From: Somniosus microcephalus
Lineage: Eukaryota
DNA length: 64,000 nucleotides
Direction: 5' to 3'
NCBI GenBank assembly: GCA_052327205.1
Contig: CM126211.1
Coordinates: 179,180,001 to 179,244,000 of the forward strand
This document shows positions 28,201 to 40,200 of this stretch, piece after piece. The notes under the pieces are model-generated. The model ran no database searches. It saw only the letters and a list, made by a program, of their open reading frames with translations, and had not been told where the DNA came from. The stretch's first letter is position 1. Each line of letters opens with the position of its first letter. Made by a program: the position numbers and the translations under genes.

Positions 28201-31200
28201 AAGCATTTGGATGAGCACTTGAAATGCCATTGCATACAAGGCTATGGACCAAATGCTGGAAAATGGGATTAGACTGGACAGGGAGGGATGGGCGGCGCAG
28301 ACACGATGGGCCGAAGGGCCTCTTTCTGTGCTGTAAAACTCTATGACTCTATGACCACGGGGGTTTACAGGGACGTGTCCCCCGCGGTTGGGGAGGGATT
28401 CCTGTACATAATTTATACTTTAAAAAAAAAAGTTATGGAATATAACTAAATATATTAAATAGAAATAAAGCTAGATTAATAAAAAGGAGAGCAAGAAAAT
28501 GGACAAAAGCAAAAGATGTGGCAAGCTAAATTGCTTAAAATTTCTTACTTAAAAGAAAGTTTTATTTAATTATATATGGCTAATGTTACAGTAATAAAGC
28601 TAAACTAAGAAAATGGCCAGCCTAAGAAGGCTGGAATGGAACTACCAGCAATTCAAGGGTTAATACTGCATAATCACATACAGTTTGCTCCTGATAATTT
28701 TTGCATTAAAACATTGAATTATCCAATAATTTGAATTAAGCAATGTAAGTAACAGTATAGTGGGAATTTAATGCTTAAAATTACATTCAGATCATTTGAA
28801 TTAAGCCACTTGGAATTAAGAGTAGACTGTACAATAAGCATTTCTCTAACTTTAAGGGTCAACTGTACAAATGCAATTGCTATAATACAACTACCTAAGA
28901 CAACTCAAAAATGACTGAAATTGGAACTGGAGGAATCACTTTTACTCCTGACAGGATTTCTGGAAACATCTTGCTGTAAATTGTGACATATGAAGCAAGT
29001 AATGAATATTTAATACAGTACAGCAGTTTTGTTTATCAGTTTGCAGTGTATTCTGTTCCACATCAACAACATCTGGTGACAACAAAGGGCAAATAGTCTG
29101 CAGCAAGCAATGACAACCAGTGCAGAACCAAGAACCTTCTTGGTTGAATGGAGTGAAAGTTCTTCACTTTCTCATAGCAATTGCACAAAACCAAAATACT
29201 GGGAATTAATTAAATGAGCACTTAGTACTGCACCACTTCATTGCCAGCCACATTTCCTCCCCATCATTTTACAGATTTGTGGATCTAAGACAATGAAATC
29301 AGGGTTTATTTCTGGCAGGCAAAACTAATAGAACACTTTTGTCTGAAGACCTAAAGAGAATCTTGTGGTATAGACAAGAAAACTAAAAGCTGCACTTTGC
29401 ATTACACGAAACGAGAACAGACAGGCACATATTCAAGTTAAGTATGCATTTACATACATCAGTTCCTCATTAGAAAATAAATTTAAGGAAAGCAATCTGC
29501 AACACAGATGAGCTTAATAACAGTGGTTCCATGATTATATGCAATTCAATTCCCTTTAGAGCCATTCCATTCCAAAAAGGACATTTGAGCTCCTCTCTTC
29601 ATTCACGCATCATCTGATTTTCATTAATTTGGAACAATGAATAATATAAAGCAAATTTTTAGGAACAGTATTCTCAGAAAACTGCAAAATACTGCAACTA
29701 TACATTTCCCTTTATAAGATTCTCAAAATTCACAGATCCCCCAAAACTCAAGAGAAAAACCCTAAAGAAAAGGACTTTGGACTCTTTTCTAACCACTTCA
29801 GGGTGAGCAAATGTATTGGGCCTAACAGAGGGAGATTCAAGGTCAAAAACCAAGATTTGGTATTTTAAAAAGGCATGTTTGGGCTTGTAAAGGAGAAAGG
29901 CTGCAACAGGAGATGGGGTCAACCTCTGTAATAGGCAGTTTGAGAATTGGAGTTAATCAAGCTGTCTGGGGAGCTGTCCAACGTCACTCAGCCCCTATCA
30001 GATAATTTATATTCTAACAATAGACCCACGGAAGAGCAGTCCCCACCCAAATTACAGGACCCATCCAAAACATGCATAAAACAAATCACCTTGCCCAACT
30101 CCATAGAATTCTCAGTTCCAGTCAGGAAACTTGAAACCTGAACACAACAACTACAATCAAGTAAGAGCTCAACAGCTCATGGAACCATCCCGAAACCACT
30201 TCATACATTACTATTAACGAGCCCGCCAAAATCTTACAATAAACCGGGATTGATTTGGCGTGCAGATTAGGAGGCCCCAATTAGTATAACTGAAGGCCTG
30301 TTTTCTCAAGAAGACAGTACAGTACAGTTCAACAGTTCAGTTCAGCAGTTACAAGTTCTCTACAAGCTCTACAGTTTTCAGCAGTTCGAGTTCGAAGAAG
30401 TTCACAGTTCTAGAAGCAGGTCAACACACAAGAAACCAGAGCAACAGTTTCAGTGACCATCAGACACCTCGCGGCAACAAGGGCCTTACGAAACAACCAA
30501 CCGGGTACGGCAGGCACCAACCAACACATCCAGCGAACCCCGAAACCGCGAACCAGCTCAACTGTCAAGGATTCGTTTGGTGAGCATTATCCCTGGTCCT
30601 CTAGAGCCCAACTTAGCTAGTAAAGTGGGATTGGGAGGGGTGAGGTATTTTTCTACTGTAATTTCCCTCGTGTGTATCGAAGTGTACCCCATTTTATTGG
30701 AGTGTTAAGATTGTTGTGTTATATTTTCTCTCTTGAATAAAGATCAAAGTTTCTTGCACCAAAACCAGTTGTCTGCTGCACTTTTGTCACAACCCCCAAA
30801 TAAGTCCAAGATCTAGAACCAAGGGAGTGGGAGCAATTCGAACCGCTCATAAGTCAGTCAGAGGTGAAGCTGACACACACCACCACCCCCTACACCTTTT
30901 TGATGCAAAAAGGCTACTGCAGCTCCCTCTCCATGGTTAATACCAAGATACAGTCTCTCATCAGAAATAAATCCCAACTATCAACTCCAATAGTCATTGT
31001 ACCTATTTTATAACGTATTAAAACACAATGTTTTTACAAACCAGCATATTATAGATTACCTTTTCTGAGCTTCTTGTTTACTGCAGCACACTTCACAGTA
31101 GTATTTATATTCACTACACAGTGTCTCTGTATTACTAAACCCCCTGTGCAAAAAAAGGCAAATTTCACGTTAATCTCCAATATTCATCAATAAATTCAAT

Positions 31201-34200
31201 TTTAAGATGAAAATTAACTTTATTTTAAAAGGACACCTATAAATCATTAAGTCTGATCATTTAACATGCAAAATTAGTAAAAATTGTTTTTTTTAAAATC
31301 AATTGCAAAGCTAGATATCATTTTTAACATTTTACTCAGCATACCTCAAGCAATGTGTAATTGAAGTGTTCTGCTCCACATCAACAGAAAGGTCTAAAAA
31401 GTCTTCATCTTTGCTACTTACCTGTGAAGTAGGGACAATTTAAAATTACTAATAGCAGGAAGCAGTAATACAATAATCTGAAAGCAGTTTATGATGAAAT
31501 ACAACATACGAATGTAATAAGAGATTTATTCTTTCTGGGACTGCAGTGGATAGTTTAAATGAATAGAAATGTGATTCCGTTGTTAAAGCAAAAAAGAAAA
31601 CCCAAAAGTGGTTATTCAAACTGCGTCAACCACACATTTAAAAGGGAATTCAAGAAAAAAATTAAAGAATATGGGGAAAGAGCAAGGAAATAAGATTATG
31701 ATTATGATATTCTGATGTGGAGCTAGCACTGGCACAACGGATCAAATGACATCCTCCACAGTTCAAGCTACCACAGACAATGAAAGGAGTGGAAAATAAA
31801 AGCTAATTACTACTGTTATATAGCAAATTAGTCACAATATGTTGTTGACATTCCCCCCCCCCAAAATTTCCTTGTATTTTGAACAAATTCAACATGATTA
31901 CAAGACTTACAAATAATAAAGTTGACAAATTTTGAAATCATTAAGTTTGTTGAATGCTGAACTTACAGTTTCACAGTTAAGACATCTGGTTTCATTAGTT
32001 AATGTTCCTTGAAACATCTCATGCACCCAGGTTGGTTCCGGTATGTCATTGCCATTGCCATTGTCATCATTAATACAGCCATTATGTAGCTGTCCATTTT
32101 GTTTTTCCTGCTTTTTCTCTTCCTGCAGGATATCAGCAATGGTGTTTAACAAGTAGTTCAGGAACTCATGAGCATCTTGTTGCATGTAATTATCAAAAAG
32201 TTCTGAAATAAAAAACAGTTAAGATGCGTGTGAACAATTTTGTCTGTATTAATAGGGAGCATAATATATGCTGCAATACAATTCCAATTAGAACAAGCTA
32301 CTCAATTTAGACTACAAGAGGCCCCAGAGGCTCAGGTAGGCCTCAGTGCGGTATCGGCAGCGGGTGGAGGTGGAGCAGCGCGACTACAAGAGGTCCCAGA
32401 GGCTCAGGTAGGCCTCAGTGTGGCATCAGCAGCGGGTGGAGGCGGAGCAGCGTGGCAGAGCGACAAGAGGCCCCAGAGGCTCAGGTAGGCCTCAGTGCGG
32501 CATCGGCAGCGGGTGGAGGCGGAGCAGCGCGGCAGAGCGACTACAAGAGGCCCCAGAGGCTCAGGTAGGCCTCAGTGCGGCATCAGCAGCGGGTGGAGGC
32601 AGAGCAGTGCGGCAGAGCGGCTACAAAAGGCCCCGGAGGCTCAGGTAGGCCTCAGTGCAGCATCGGCAGCGGCGGGAGGCGGAGCAGCGCGACTACAAGA
32701 GGCCCCAGAGGCTCAGGTAGGCCTCAGTGAGGCATCGGCAGGAGGCGGAGCAGCGCGACTACAAGAGGCCCCAGAGGCTCAGGTAGGCCTCAGTGAGGCA
32801 TCGGCAGCGGGTGGAGGCGGAGCAGCGCGACTACAAGAGGCCTCAGAGGCTCAGGTAGGCGTACCAATCTCCAATCTCAGGCAAGGAGAGAGGTAAAAAG
32901 TATTCAAGGTGTGACGTCACCACAAAACAGGTAGGTGATTGGTTGGAGTATTTCTCTCGTTTTAAAACTTTAAGTCTGTGGTTTATAGTTTTAAGGTTGC
33001 TGTGGTGTACCAAGGCCTTTCTGGTGCAGAGTGACTGTTGGTAAACCATTTAACTGGTGTAACTAGAGGGATTGATTTAATTTAAATCCAATTAATTAAA
33101 GGGGATACCAGCATCTAAAATCAGGCAGAGGGTGTCCATAGCTAACAATAAAAAATTTAATTAATTACATAGAATGGAGCAGGTGATGTGTTACTGTTGC
33201 AAGATGTGGGAGCCGGTGAACCCCATTGAGGCTCACGGTGATTACGTCTGTGACAAGTGTCTGCTGCTACAGGAACTCCAGCTCCGTGTTGATGAGCTGG
33301 AGTCTGAGCTTCAGACACTGTGACACATCAGGGAGGGGGAGAAGTACCTGGACTCTGTGTATCAGGAGGTGGTCACACCCATGAAGTTAAGTAATTCAGA
33401 TGTAGCCCATGGTCAGGGACAGGACGGTGTGACTACGAGTGAGGCAGGTACGGGGATCCAGTCGGTAGAGCTGGAGGAGCCGCAGCCCTTGCTCTTGACC
33501 AACAGGTTCGAGGTTCTTACTCCCTGTGGGGACAGGAGCAGGGACTGCAGGGAGGATGAGCAACCTGGCCACAGCACCGTGGAACGGGGGGCCATTCAAG
33601 AGGGGGGAGTAAATAGAAATGTTGTAGTGGTAGGGGATAGTATTATTAGGGGGATAGATAGAGTTCTCTGCAGCCGAGAGCGAGAGTCCCGAAGGCTGCG
33701 TTGCCTACCCGGTGCCAGGGTTAAGGACATCTCCTCTGGGCTGGAAAGAAACTTGCAGTGGGAGGGTGTGGATCCAGTTGTTGTGGTCCATTTTGGTACA
33801 AACGACATAGATAGGACTAGGAAGCCGGTTCTGTTAAAGGAGTATGAGCAGCTAGGGGTCAAATTAAAAAACAGAACCTCAAGGGTAATAATCTCTGGAT
33901 TATTACCCGAGCCACGAGCGAATTTGGCTAGGACAAATAAAATTAGAGAGTTAAATGCGTGGCTCAAAGACTGGTGTGGGAGAAATGGGTTTTGCTTCCT
34001 GGGACACTGGCACCAGTACTGGGGCAGGAGGGAGCTGTTCCGTTGGGACAGGCTTCACTTGGCCAGTGCTGGGACTAGAGTCCTGGCGGATCATATAACT
34101 AGGGCTGTAGAGAGGGCTTTAAACTAACTAGTGGGGGGGAGGTTCCTAGAGAGCAAATAATAAAAATGACAACAGAGAAGGTCATAGGCTTAGGTAGCAG

Positions 34201-37200
34201 TGGGGAAATTAAAAACCAGAGCGTGTCAGGAAGGGGCAGAAGGTATGGAGTAAAAGGTAAAGTAATAAAAAGGGCAAAAGCAGGAACTAAGTGTCACAAA
34301 ACATATTTGAAAGTTCTCTATCTGAATGCACGTAGCATTCGTAACAAAATAGACGAGTTAATGGCACAAATAACTACATATGGGTATGATCTTGTGGCCA
34401 TTACAGAAACATGGCTGCAGGGTGACAATGCCTGGTAATTAAACATACTAGGTTATTTAACGATCAGGAAGGACAGGCAGGAAGGAAGGAAGGGGAGGTG
34501 GGCTGGCTATGTTAATACAGGTAGACTATCCTTTATCCGAAAACCTCGGGACCAGCCGTGTTTCGGTTTTCGGAAAATTTCAGAAGGTGGGTCGGCGGGG
34601 GTCGGGGTCGGCGGGGGTCCGTGGGGGCGGGGGTCCGCGGTCGTGGCTTGTCCGTCGCTGCTAGCCTGGAATGCAATGAAGTTCCGCATTTCCACCAACA
34701 GGTCGTCATGCTCGGTCGGAACAGGGGCCGGCACCGCCGCGGGCTCAGAGCTCTCGTTGCTTTCGAGCCTTTGGAAGAGAGTCAGGTGGTTCCGCGGGGG
34801 GGTCGGCGGGGGGTCGTGCGCACGACTTACGCTGACCCTCTGCTCAGTGTAAGTCGTGCGCCACTCTGGTCATGTCGTGCGCACGACTTACGCTGACCGA
34901 AAAAACCTTCGGTTTTTAGAGGGTTTCGGTTTTCGGAAGTTCGGATAAAGGGTAGTCTACCTGTAAAGGAAGGAATCACTGTAATACAGAGAAATGATAT
35001 TGGGTCAAAAGATCAGGATAATGAAACAGTTTGGGTGGAGGTAAGGAATAATAAGGGGAAAAAAACTAGTGGGCGTAGTCTATAGGCCTCCGAACAGTTG
35101 CAACTCTGTTGGACGGAGTATCAATCAGGAAATAGTTCAGGCTTGTAATAAGGGAGCATCTATAATTATGGGGGATTTAAACTATCATATTAATTGGACA
35201 AAGCAAATTGGGCAGGGCTGCCTTGAGGATGAGTTCATTGAGTGTATTATGGTTGGGTTTCTTGAGCAGTATGTAACTGAACCGACCAGGGGGCAAGCAA
35301 CCTTAGATCTGGTCCTGTGTAACGAGACAGGATTAATTAAAAATGTCCTAGTAAAGGATCCCCTTGGAATGAGTGACCATAACATGGTTGAATTCCATAT
35401 TCAACTAGAGGGTGAGAAGGTTGGATCTCAAACAAGCGTGCTAAGCTTGAATAAAGGAGACTATGAAGGTATGAGAGCGGAATTGAGTAGAGTGGATTGG
35501 GAAAATAGATTAAAGGGTAAGACGATACATGATCAGTGGTGTACATTTAAGGAGTTATTTTACAACTTCCAAAAAATATATATTCCACTGAGAAGAAAAG
35601 GGTGTAAAAGAAAAGACAGCCATCCGTGGCTAAGTAAAGAAATTAAGGATAGTATTCGACTAAAAACAAGGGCATATAAGGTAGCCAAATCTAGTGGGAG
35701 GATAGAGGATTGGGGAAACTTTAAAAGACAGCAAAAAATAACAAAAAGATTGATTAAGAAAGGGAAGATAGATTATGAAAGTAAATTAGCAAAAAATATA
35801 AAAACAGATAGAGAGAGTTTTTATAGTTATATAAAAAGAAAAAGGGTGGCTAAAGTAAATGTTGGTCCCTTAGAGGATGAGACCGGGAAATTAATGGTGG
35901 GAAATATGGAGATGGCAAAAACACTGAATGAATATTTTACATCAGTCTTTACAGTAGAGGACACCAAGAATATCCCAACACTGGACAAGCAGGGGGCTAT
36001 GGGGGGGGGGGGGGGGGGGGGGGAGGAGAAAAACACGATCAAAATCACTAAGGAAGTGGTACTCGGTAAAATAATGGGACTCAAGGCGGATAAATCGCCT
36101 GGACCTGATGGCTTACATCCTAGGGTCTTGAGGGAAGTGGCGGTAGGGATTGTGGATGCATTGGTAATAATTTTCCAAAACTCCCTGGACTCAGCAAAGG
36201 TCCCGGCAGACTGGAAAACTGCTAATGTAACGCCCTTATTTAAAAAGGGCAGTAGACAGAAGGCTGGAAACTACAGACCGGTTAGCCTAACATCTGTGGT
36301 AGGTAAAATATTGGAGTCCATTATTAAGGAGACAGTAACAGGACATTTGGATAATCATAATTTAATAGGACAAAGTCAGCATGGTTTTATGAAGGGGAAG
36401 TCATGTTTGACAAATTTGCTGGAGTTCTTTGAGGAAGTAACATATAGGGTGGATAAAGGGGAACCAGTGGACATAGTGTATTTAGACTTCCAAAAGGCAT
36501 TTGACAAGGTGCCACACAAAAGATTATTGCTTAAGATAAAAAATCACGGGATTGGGGGTAATATTCTGGCATGAATAGAGGATTGGCTATCTAACAGAAG
36601 GCAGAGAGTTAGGATAAATGGTTCATTCTCGGACTGGCAATCGGTAACTAGTGGTGTTCCACAGGGGTCAGTGCTGGGTCCCCAACTCTTTACAATCTAT
36701 ATTAACGATTTGGAGGAGGGGACCGAGTGTAACATATCAAAGTTTGCAGATGATACTAAGATGGGAGGGAAAGTAGTGAGTGAGGAGGACATAAAAAACC
36801 TGCAAGGGGACATAGACAGGCTAAGTAAGCGGGCAGAGATTTGGCAGATGGAATACAATACTGGAAAGTGTGAGGTTATGCACTTTGGCAGGAAAAATCG
36901 TAGAGCAAGTTATTATCTTAATGGCAAGAAACTGGAAAGTACTGAAGTACAAAGGGATCTGGGGGTCCTGGTGCACGAAACTCAAAAGGTTAGTATGCAG
37001 GTGCAGCAAGTGATTAAGAAGGCCAATGGAATGTTGGCTTTCATTGCTAGGGGGATAGAATATAAAGATAGGGAGGTATTGCTTCAGTTGTACAAGGTAT
37101 TGGTGAGACTGCACCTGGAATACTGCATACAGTTTTGGTGTCCATACGTAAGAAAAGACATACTTGCTCTCGAGTCAGTACAAAGAAGGTTAATCCCGGG

Positions 37201-40200
37201 GATGAGGGGATGGACATATGAGGAGAGGTTGAGTAGATTGGGACTCTACTCATTGGAGTTCAGAAGAATGAGAGGCGATCTTATTGAAACATGTAAGATT
37301 GTGAAGGGGTTGGATCGGGTGGATGCGGGGAGGATGTTCCCGATGATGGGTGAAACTAGAACTAGGGGGCATAGTCTTAGAATAAGGGGCTGCTCTTTCA
37401 GAACTGAGATGAGGAGGAACTACTACACTCAGAGGGTGGTAGGTCCATGGAATATGCTGCACCAAAAAGCTGTAGAAGCTACATCATTACATAAATTTGA
37501 AACAGCAATAGAGTTTCCTAGAAGTAAAGGGAATAAAGGGTTATGGGGAGCGGGCAGGAATTTGGACAGGAGTCTAGGTTCGGATCGGTCATGGCCCTGT
37601 GGGTAGCGGAGCGGGCCCAGGGGCCCTGTGGGTAGCGGAGCGGGCCCAGGGGCCCTGTGGGTAGCGGAGCGGGCCCAGGGGCCGTGTAGCCTGATCCTGC
37701 TCCTATTTCGTGTGTCTAATTCTGTTAGATTCAGGAGATGGTTCTGTGATAGTAGATTGGCGGTTAGGATCAGATCAGCCATGATCTTATTGAATGGCGG
37801 AGCAGGCTCGAGGGGCCGATTGGCCTACTCCTGCTCCTATTTCTTATGTTATGTTCCTAATTGTGATCTTTACACTGGTATCCGCGTAATAAAATAGTAG
37901 ACTTATCGAAGCTATCAGCCAATTCCAGTAATCAAAATAACAGAGGGTGATGTGGGAGTGCCAGAGAATGAGTCCAGGATTGTCAGCCTTCAACACATAC
38001 TGAAAGTAAATTGTACTGAAACAATGTAATGCCTTCTCATGAAAAGTGTAACAGTGCTATGTTCTGGAAGCGTCTGATATACCATGACAAGATAATTTTG
38101 CTTTCAGTCAGTGTTTGGCTCAGGGAAGTACTGATTTCAGCAGCCATGTCGCTGAAGTGGAGGGAAAGAATGTTTTGGTAGAAGTTTGTGATCCAGGAGC
38201 AAATAAGGGATGAATATTTTGGAGCGTTGAGGTTCAGAACTTTCCCTCAGGAAATTAAATGTCCACGATGGGACTGATGGTGGCACATGAAAATTTCACA
38301 GCCCCATTTAAGGGGATGAGAATTTTAAATTTGTGGTTTGAGGGATCAGAATCCAATGTAGGTCAACAATGGCAATGTTGATGGGTGAGCAGGACTTTGT
38401 GCAAGATAGGATATGGGCAGCAGAGTTTTGATGAGCTGATGTTTACGCAAGTTGAAAGATTGGACTCTGGCCGGAATAGCATTGTAATAGTCAAGTCTGG
38501 AGATGACAAAGACATGGATGAGGGTTTCGGCAGCAGTTCAGCTGAAGTATGGGTGAAGACCAGCAATGTTACAGTACTAGAAGTAGGCAGTCTTTGTGAT
38601 GGAAAGAATATGGGGTCGAAATCTCAGCTTGAGTTTGAAAAGGACCTTATGTCAACACCTTCAGGAAAGGTGGAGGAGAGAAAACAAAAGAAAATTGAAA
38701 ACAAATGAAACATTGTTAATTATACAAAGACAGTCAAACTGTTTTTCCATTCAAGAATTACAGTACTGATATTCCATAATATTCAGATAATCTGTATATG
38801 CTGTGATTTATTTTCTAATTATTATGCCATCCAAATATTAAAATCATTAATTAAGGGGAAAATAGAATATGAGAGTAAGCTTGCAGGGAACATAAAAAAC
38901 TGACTGTAAAAGCTTTTATAGATATGTGAAGAGAAAAAGATTGGTGAAGTCAAGCGTAGGTCCCTTGCAGTCAGAATCAGGGGAATTTATAATGGGGAAC
39001 AAAGAAATGGCAGACCAGTTAAATACATATTTTGGTTCTGTCTTCACAAAGTAGGACACAAATAACCTCCCAGAGATGTCGGGGAACATAGGATCTGATG
39101 AAAGGGAGGAACTGAAAGAAATCAGTATTTGTAGGGAAATGGTGTTCGGGAAATTGATGGGATTGAAGGCCGATAAATCCCCAGGGCCTTATAATCTACA
39201 TCCTAGGGTACTTAAGGAAGTGGCCCTAGAAATAGTAGATGCATTGCTGATCATCTTCCAATATTCGATGGAATCTGGAACAGTACCCATGGATTGGAGG
39301 GTGGCTAATGTTACCCCACTATTCAAAAAAGGTGGTAGAGAGAAAACGGGGAATTACAGACCGGTAAGCCTGACATCGGTAGTGGGGAAAATGCTAGAGT
39401 CCATTATAAAAAATGTAATAGCAGAGCACTTGGAAAACAGTGACAGGATCTGACAAAGTCAACATGGGTTTACAAAAGGTAAATCGTGCTTGACTAATCT
39501 ACTGGAATTTTTTTGAGGATGTAACTGGTAAAATAGATAAGGGAGAACCAGTGGATGTGGTGTATTTGGACTTTCAGAAGGCTTTCGATAAGGTCCCGCA
39601 TAAGAGATTAGCGTGTAAAGTTAAGGCACATGGGATTGGGGACAAGGTATTGACTTGGATAGAGAACTGGTTGGCAGACAGAAAGCGAAGAGTTGGAATA
39701 AACGGGTCTTTTTCCGAGTGGCAGGCAGTGACTAGTGAGGTACCGCAGGGATCGGTCCTTGGACCCCAGCTATTCACAATATATATTAATGATCTAGACA
39801 AGGGAACTAGATGTAATATCGCCAAATTTGCAGACTACACAAAGCTGGGTGGGCGTGTGTGCTGTGAGGAGGATGCCGAGAAACTCCAGGATGATTTGGA
39901 CAGGTTGGGTGATTGGGCAGAAGCATGGCAGATGCAATATAACGTGGATAAATGTGAGGTTATCCACTTTGGTGGCAAAAACAGGAAGGCAGATTATCTG
40001 AATGGCAATAGATTGGGAGAAGGGGAAGTGCAACGAGACCTGGGTGTCCTTGTGCACCAGTCGCTGAAGGTAAGCATGTAGGTGCAGCAGGTGGTTAAGA
40101 AGGCAAATGGTATGTTGGCCTTCGTAGCGAGAGGGTTTGAGTACAGGAACAAGGATGTCTTGCTGCAGTTGTACAGGGCCTTAGTGAGACCACATCTTGA

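Larger units (their letters stand above)
32310..37857 (+). mobile_element. Full-length CR1 LINE (element B), antisense in USP12 intron 3
   Basis: GC-rich monomer array; ORF1 33174-34127 (Cys-rich N-terminus, esterase GDSIIRG, one premature TGA); ORF2 pieces 34166..34438, 35069..36574, 36671..37606; tail TTCTTATGTTATGTTCC. Confidence 0.93.

Noticed and set aside
32240-32896. Ala/Gly-rich repeat protein
   Set aside because: Open frames arise from the GC-rich CR1 monomer array.
36001-36023. Poly-Gly insertion in CR1 ORF2 (also G runs at 8422-8443 and 19616-19633)
   Set aside because: Homopolymer slippage or sequencing length uncertainty; no evidence of function.
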